Source: Eledone cirrhosa
Taxonomy: Eukaryota
Length of the DNA stretch: 64,000 bases
Direction of reading: 5' to 3'
Assembly (NCBI GenBank): GCA_964016885.1
Contig: OZ024744.1
Span: 119,164,001 to 119,228,000 of the forward strand
A model generated the notes under the pieces. The model searched no databases. It worked only from the letters and a program-made list of their open reading frames with translations, and was not told the DNA's origin. The position numbers were made by a program, and so were the translations under genes. Position 1 is the first letter of the stretch; every line of letters begins with the position of its first letter. Shown one piece after another: positions 60,201 to 64,000 of this stretch.

Positions 60201-63200
60201 CTAACATTATTACTGTGACAACTGACTAATGTTACTAACATTATTACTGTAACAACTGACTTGGTGTTACTTACATTATTACTGTAACAACTGACTTGGT
60301 GTTACTAACATTATTACTGTAACAACTGACTTGGTGTTACTAACATTATTACTGTAACAACGGACTTGGTGTTACTAACATTATTACTGTAATAACTGAC
60401 TTGGTGTTACTAACATTATTACTGTAACAACTGACTTGGCGTTACTAACATTATTACTGTAACAACTGACTTGGTGTTACTAACATTATTACTGTAACAA
60501 CTGACTTGGTGTTACTAACATTATTACTGTAACAACTGACGTGGTGTTACTAACATTATTACTGTAACAACTGACTTGGTGTTACTAACATTATTACTGT
60601 AACAACTGACTTGGTGTTACTAACATTATTACTGTAACAACTGACTTGGTGTTACTAACATTATTACTGTAACAACTGACTTGGTGTTACTAACATTATT
60701 ACTGTAACAACTGACTTGGTGTTACTAACATTATTACTGTAACAACTGACTTGGTGTTACTAACATTATTACTGTAACAACTGACTAATGTTACTAACAT
60801 TATTACTGTAACAACTGACTTGGTGTTACTAACATTATTACTGTAACAACTGACTAATGTTACTAACATTATTACTGTAACAACTGACTTGGTGTTACTA
60901 ACATTATTACTGTAACAAATGACTAATGTTACTAACATTATTACTGTAACAACTGACTAATGTTACTAACGTTATTACTGTAACAACTGACTAGGTGTTA
61001 CTAACATTATTACTGTAACAACTGACTTGGTGTTACTAACATTATTACTGTAACAACTGACTAATGTTACTAACATTATTACTGTAACAACTGACTTGGT
61101 GTTACTAACATTATTACTGTAACAAATGACTAATGTTACTAACATTATTACTGTAACAACTGACTAATGTTACTAACATTATTACTGTAACAACTGACTT
61201 GGCGTTACTAACATTATTACTGTAACAACTGACTTGGTGTTACTAACATTATTACTGTAACAACTGACTTGGTGTTACTAACATTATTACTGTAACAACT
61301 GACTTGGTGTTACTAACATTATTACTGTAACAACTGACTAATGTTACTAACATTATTACTGTAACAACTGACTAATGGTACTAACATTATTACTGTAACA
61401 ACTGACTTGGTGTTACTAACATTATTACTGTAACAAATGACTAATGTTACTAACATTATTACTGTAACAACTGACTAATGTTACTAACATTATTACTGTA
61501 ACAACTGACTAATGGTACTAACATTATTACTGTAACAACTGACTTGGTGTTACTAACATTATTACTGTAACAACTGACTTGGTGTTACTAACATTATTAC
61601 TGTAACAACTGACTAATGTTACTAACATTATTACTGTAACAACTGACTAATGTTACTAACATTATTACTGTAACAATTGACTTGGTGTTACTAACATTAT
61701 TACTGTAACAACTGACTTGGTGTTACTAACATTATCACTGTAACAACTGACTAATGGTACTAACATTATTACTGTAACAACTGACTAATGGTACTAACAT
61801 TATTACTGTAACAACTGACTTGGTGTTACTAACGTTATTACTGTAACAACTGACTTGGTGTTACTAACATTATTACTGTGACAACTGACTAATGTTACTA
61901 ACATTATTACTGTAACAACTGACTTGGTGTTACTAACATTATTACTGTGACAACTGACTAATGTTACTAACATTATTACTGTAACAACTGACTTGGTGTT
62001 ACTAACATTATTACTGTGACAACTGACAAATGTTACTAACATTATTACTGTAACAACTGACTTGGTGTTACTAACATTATTACTGTGATAACTGACTAAT
62101 GTTACTAACATTATTACTGTAACAACTGACTTGATGTTACTAACATTATTACTGTGACAACTGACTAATGTTACTAACATTATTACTGTAACAACTGACT
62201 TGGTGTTACTAATATTATTACTGTGACAACTGACTAATGTTACTAACATTATTACTGTAACAACTGACTTGGTGTTACTAACATTATTACTGTGACAACT
62301 GACTAATGGTACTAACATTATTACTGTAACAACTGACTTGGTGTTACTAACGTTATTACTGTAACAACTGACTTGGTGTTACTAACATTATTACTGTGAC
62401 AACTGACTAATGTTACTAACATTATTACTGTAACAACTGACTTGGTGTTACTAACATTATTACTGTAACAACTGACTTGGTGTTACTAACATTATTACTT
62501 TAACAACTGACTTGGTGTTACTAACATTATTACTGTAACAACTGACTTGGTGTTACTAACATTATTACTGTAACAACTGACTTGGTGTTACTAACATTAT
62601 TACTGTAACAACTGACTTGGTGTTACTAACATTATTACTGTAACAACTTACTTGGTGTTACTAACATTATTACTGTAACAACTGACTTGGTGTTACTAAC
62701 ATTATTACTGTAACAACTGACTTGGTGTTACTAACATTATTACTGTAACAACTGACTTGGTGTTACTAACATTATTACTGTAACAACTGACTTGGTGTTA
62801 CTAACATTATTACTGTAACAACTGACTTGGTGTTACTAACATTATTACTGTAACAACTGACTTGGTGTTACTAACATTATTACTGTAACAACTGACTTGG
62901 TGTTACTAACATTATTACTGTAACAACTGACTTGGTGTTACTAACATTATTACTGTAACAACTGACTTGGTGTTACTAACATTATTACTGTAACAACTGA
63001 CTAATGTTACTAACATTATTACTGTAACAACTGACTTGGTGTTACTAACATTATTACTGTAACAACTGACTAATGTTACTAACATTATTACTGTAACAAC
63101 TGACTTGGTGTTACTAACATTATTACTGTAACAAATGACTAATGTTACTAACATTATTACTGTAACAACTGACTAATGTTACTAACGTTATTACTGTAAC

Positions 63201-64000
63201 AACTGACTAGGTGTTACTAACATTATTACTGTAACAACTGACTTGGTGTTACTAACATTATTACTGTAACAGCTGACTAATGTTACTAACATTATTACTG
63301 TAACAACTGACTTGGTGTTACTAACATTATTACTGTAACAAATGACTAATGTTACTAACATTATTACTGTAACAACTGACTAATGTTACTAACATTATTA
63401 CTGTAACAACTGACTAATGGTACTAACATTATTACTGTAACAACTGACTTGGTGTTACTAACATTATTACTGTAACAACTGACTTGGTGTTACTAACATT
63501 ATTACTGTAACAACTGACTAATGTTACTAACATTATTACTGTAACAACTGACTAATGTTACTAACATTATTACTGTAACAATTGACTTGGTGTTACTAAC
63601 ATTATTACTGTAACAACTGACTTGGTGTTACTAACATTATCACTGTAACAACTGACTAATGGTACTAACATTATTACTGTAACAACTGACTAATGGTACT
63701 AACATTATTACTGTAACAACTGACTTGGTGTTACTAACGTTATTACTGTAACAACTGACTTGGTGTTACTAACATTATTACTGTGACAACTGACTAATGT
63801 TACTAACATTATTACTGTAACAACTGACTTGGTGTTACTAACATTATTACTGTGACAACTGACTAATGTTACTAACATTATTACTGTAACAACTGACTTG
63901 GTGTTACTAACATTATTACTGTGACAACTGACTAATGTTACTAACATTATTACTGTAACAACTGACTTGGTGTTACTAACATTATTACTGTGACAACTGA
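57290..64000 (+). repeat. Higher-order duplication, period 4121 bp, second copy running off the window end
   Basis: Private variants GTGATAACT (~57964 and ~62085) and CTTGATG (~58009 and ~62130). ORF offsets 57682->61803, 58794->62915 and 59587->63708 are all 4121. Confidence 0.85.

Larger units (their letters stand above)
1..64000 (+). repeat. Tandem satellite array of interspersed 35-bp (A, ...GACTTGGTGTTAC...) and 34-bp (B, ...GACTAATGTTAC...) monomers, about 1,850 copies, running off both window ends
   Basis: Read directly: a continuous head-to-tail repeat from base 1 to 64000 in one orientation, interrupted only at 2255-2363 and 46034-46144. Copy number is estimated as 64000/~34.6. Confidence 0.99.

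Noticed and set aside
4442-63947. Minus-strand ORFs of 79-171 aa (MLVTLVSCHSNNVSNTKSVVTVI repeats)
   Set aside because: They arise wherever A and B alternate (35+34=69 bp=23 codons) and end when the alternation breaks. There is no unique sequence or gene context.
1-64000. CRISPR array (35-bp partly palindromic repeat)
   Set aside because: Repeats are directly adjacent with no unique spacers, leader or cas genes.
1-64000. Long yeast-type telomeric repeat (CTTGGTGT recalls Candida telomere units)
   Set aside because: The match is only ~8 bp. The array is at least 64 kb, has kb-scale duplications and carries a metazoan-like SINE, which does not fit telomerase-templated synthesis.
1-64000. bZIP-like sites (TTACTAA, TGACTAA) and CpG-creating variants as regulatory signals
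   Set aside because: These are short motifs expected by chance in an AT-rich monomer and multiplied by amplification; nothing independent supports them.

Overview
The whole 64 kb is one head-to-tail, single-orientation, AT-rich (~70%) eukaryotic-type satellite array of roughly 1,850 monomers. There are two monomer types: a 35-bp 'A' unit (ACAACTGACTTGGTGTTACTAACATTATTACTGTA) and a 34-bp 'B' unit (ACAACTGACTAATGTTACTAACATTATTACTGTA), differing by TGG vs AA. Rare point variants show irregular, nested higher-order duplications of ~0.8-4.4 kb. The only non-satellite DNA I found is two ~110-bp, ~94% identical insertions (2255-2363 and 46034-46144). They look like 5'-truncated tRNA-derived SINEs starting at a Pol III B-box, and both join the satellite at the same ATTATT position. 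From memory they resemble an abundant octopus/cephalopod SINE; this needs a database check. All listed ORFs are artefacts of the 69-bp A+B dimer. No genes, RNA genes or CRISPR arrays are supported.
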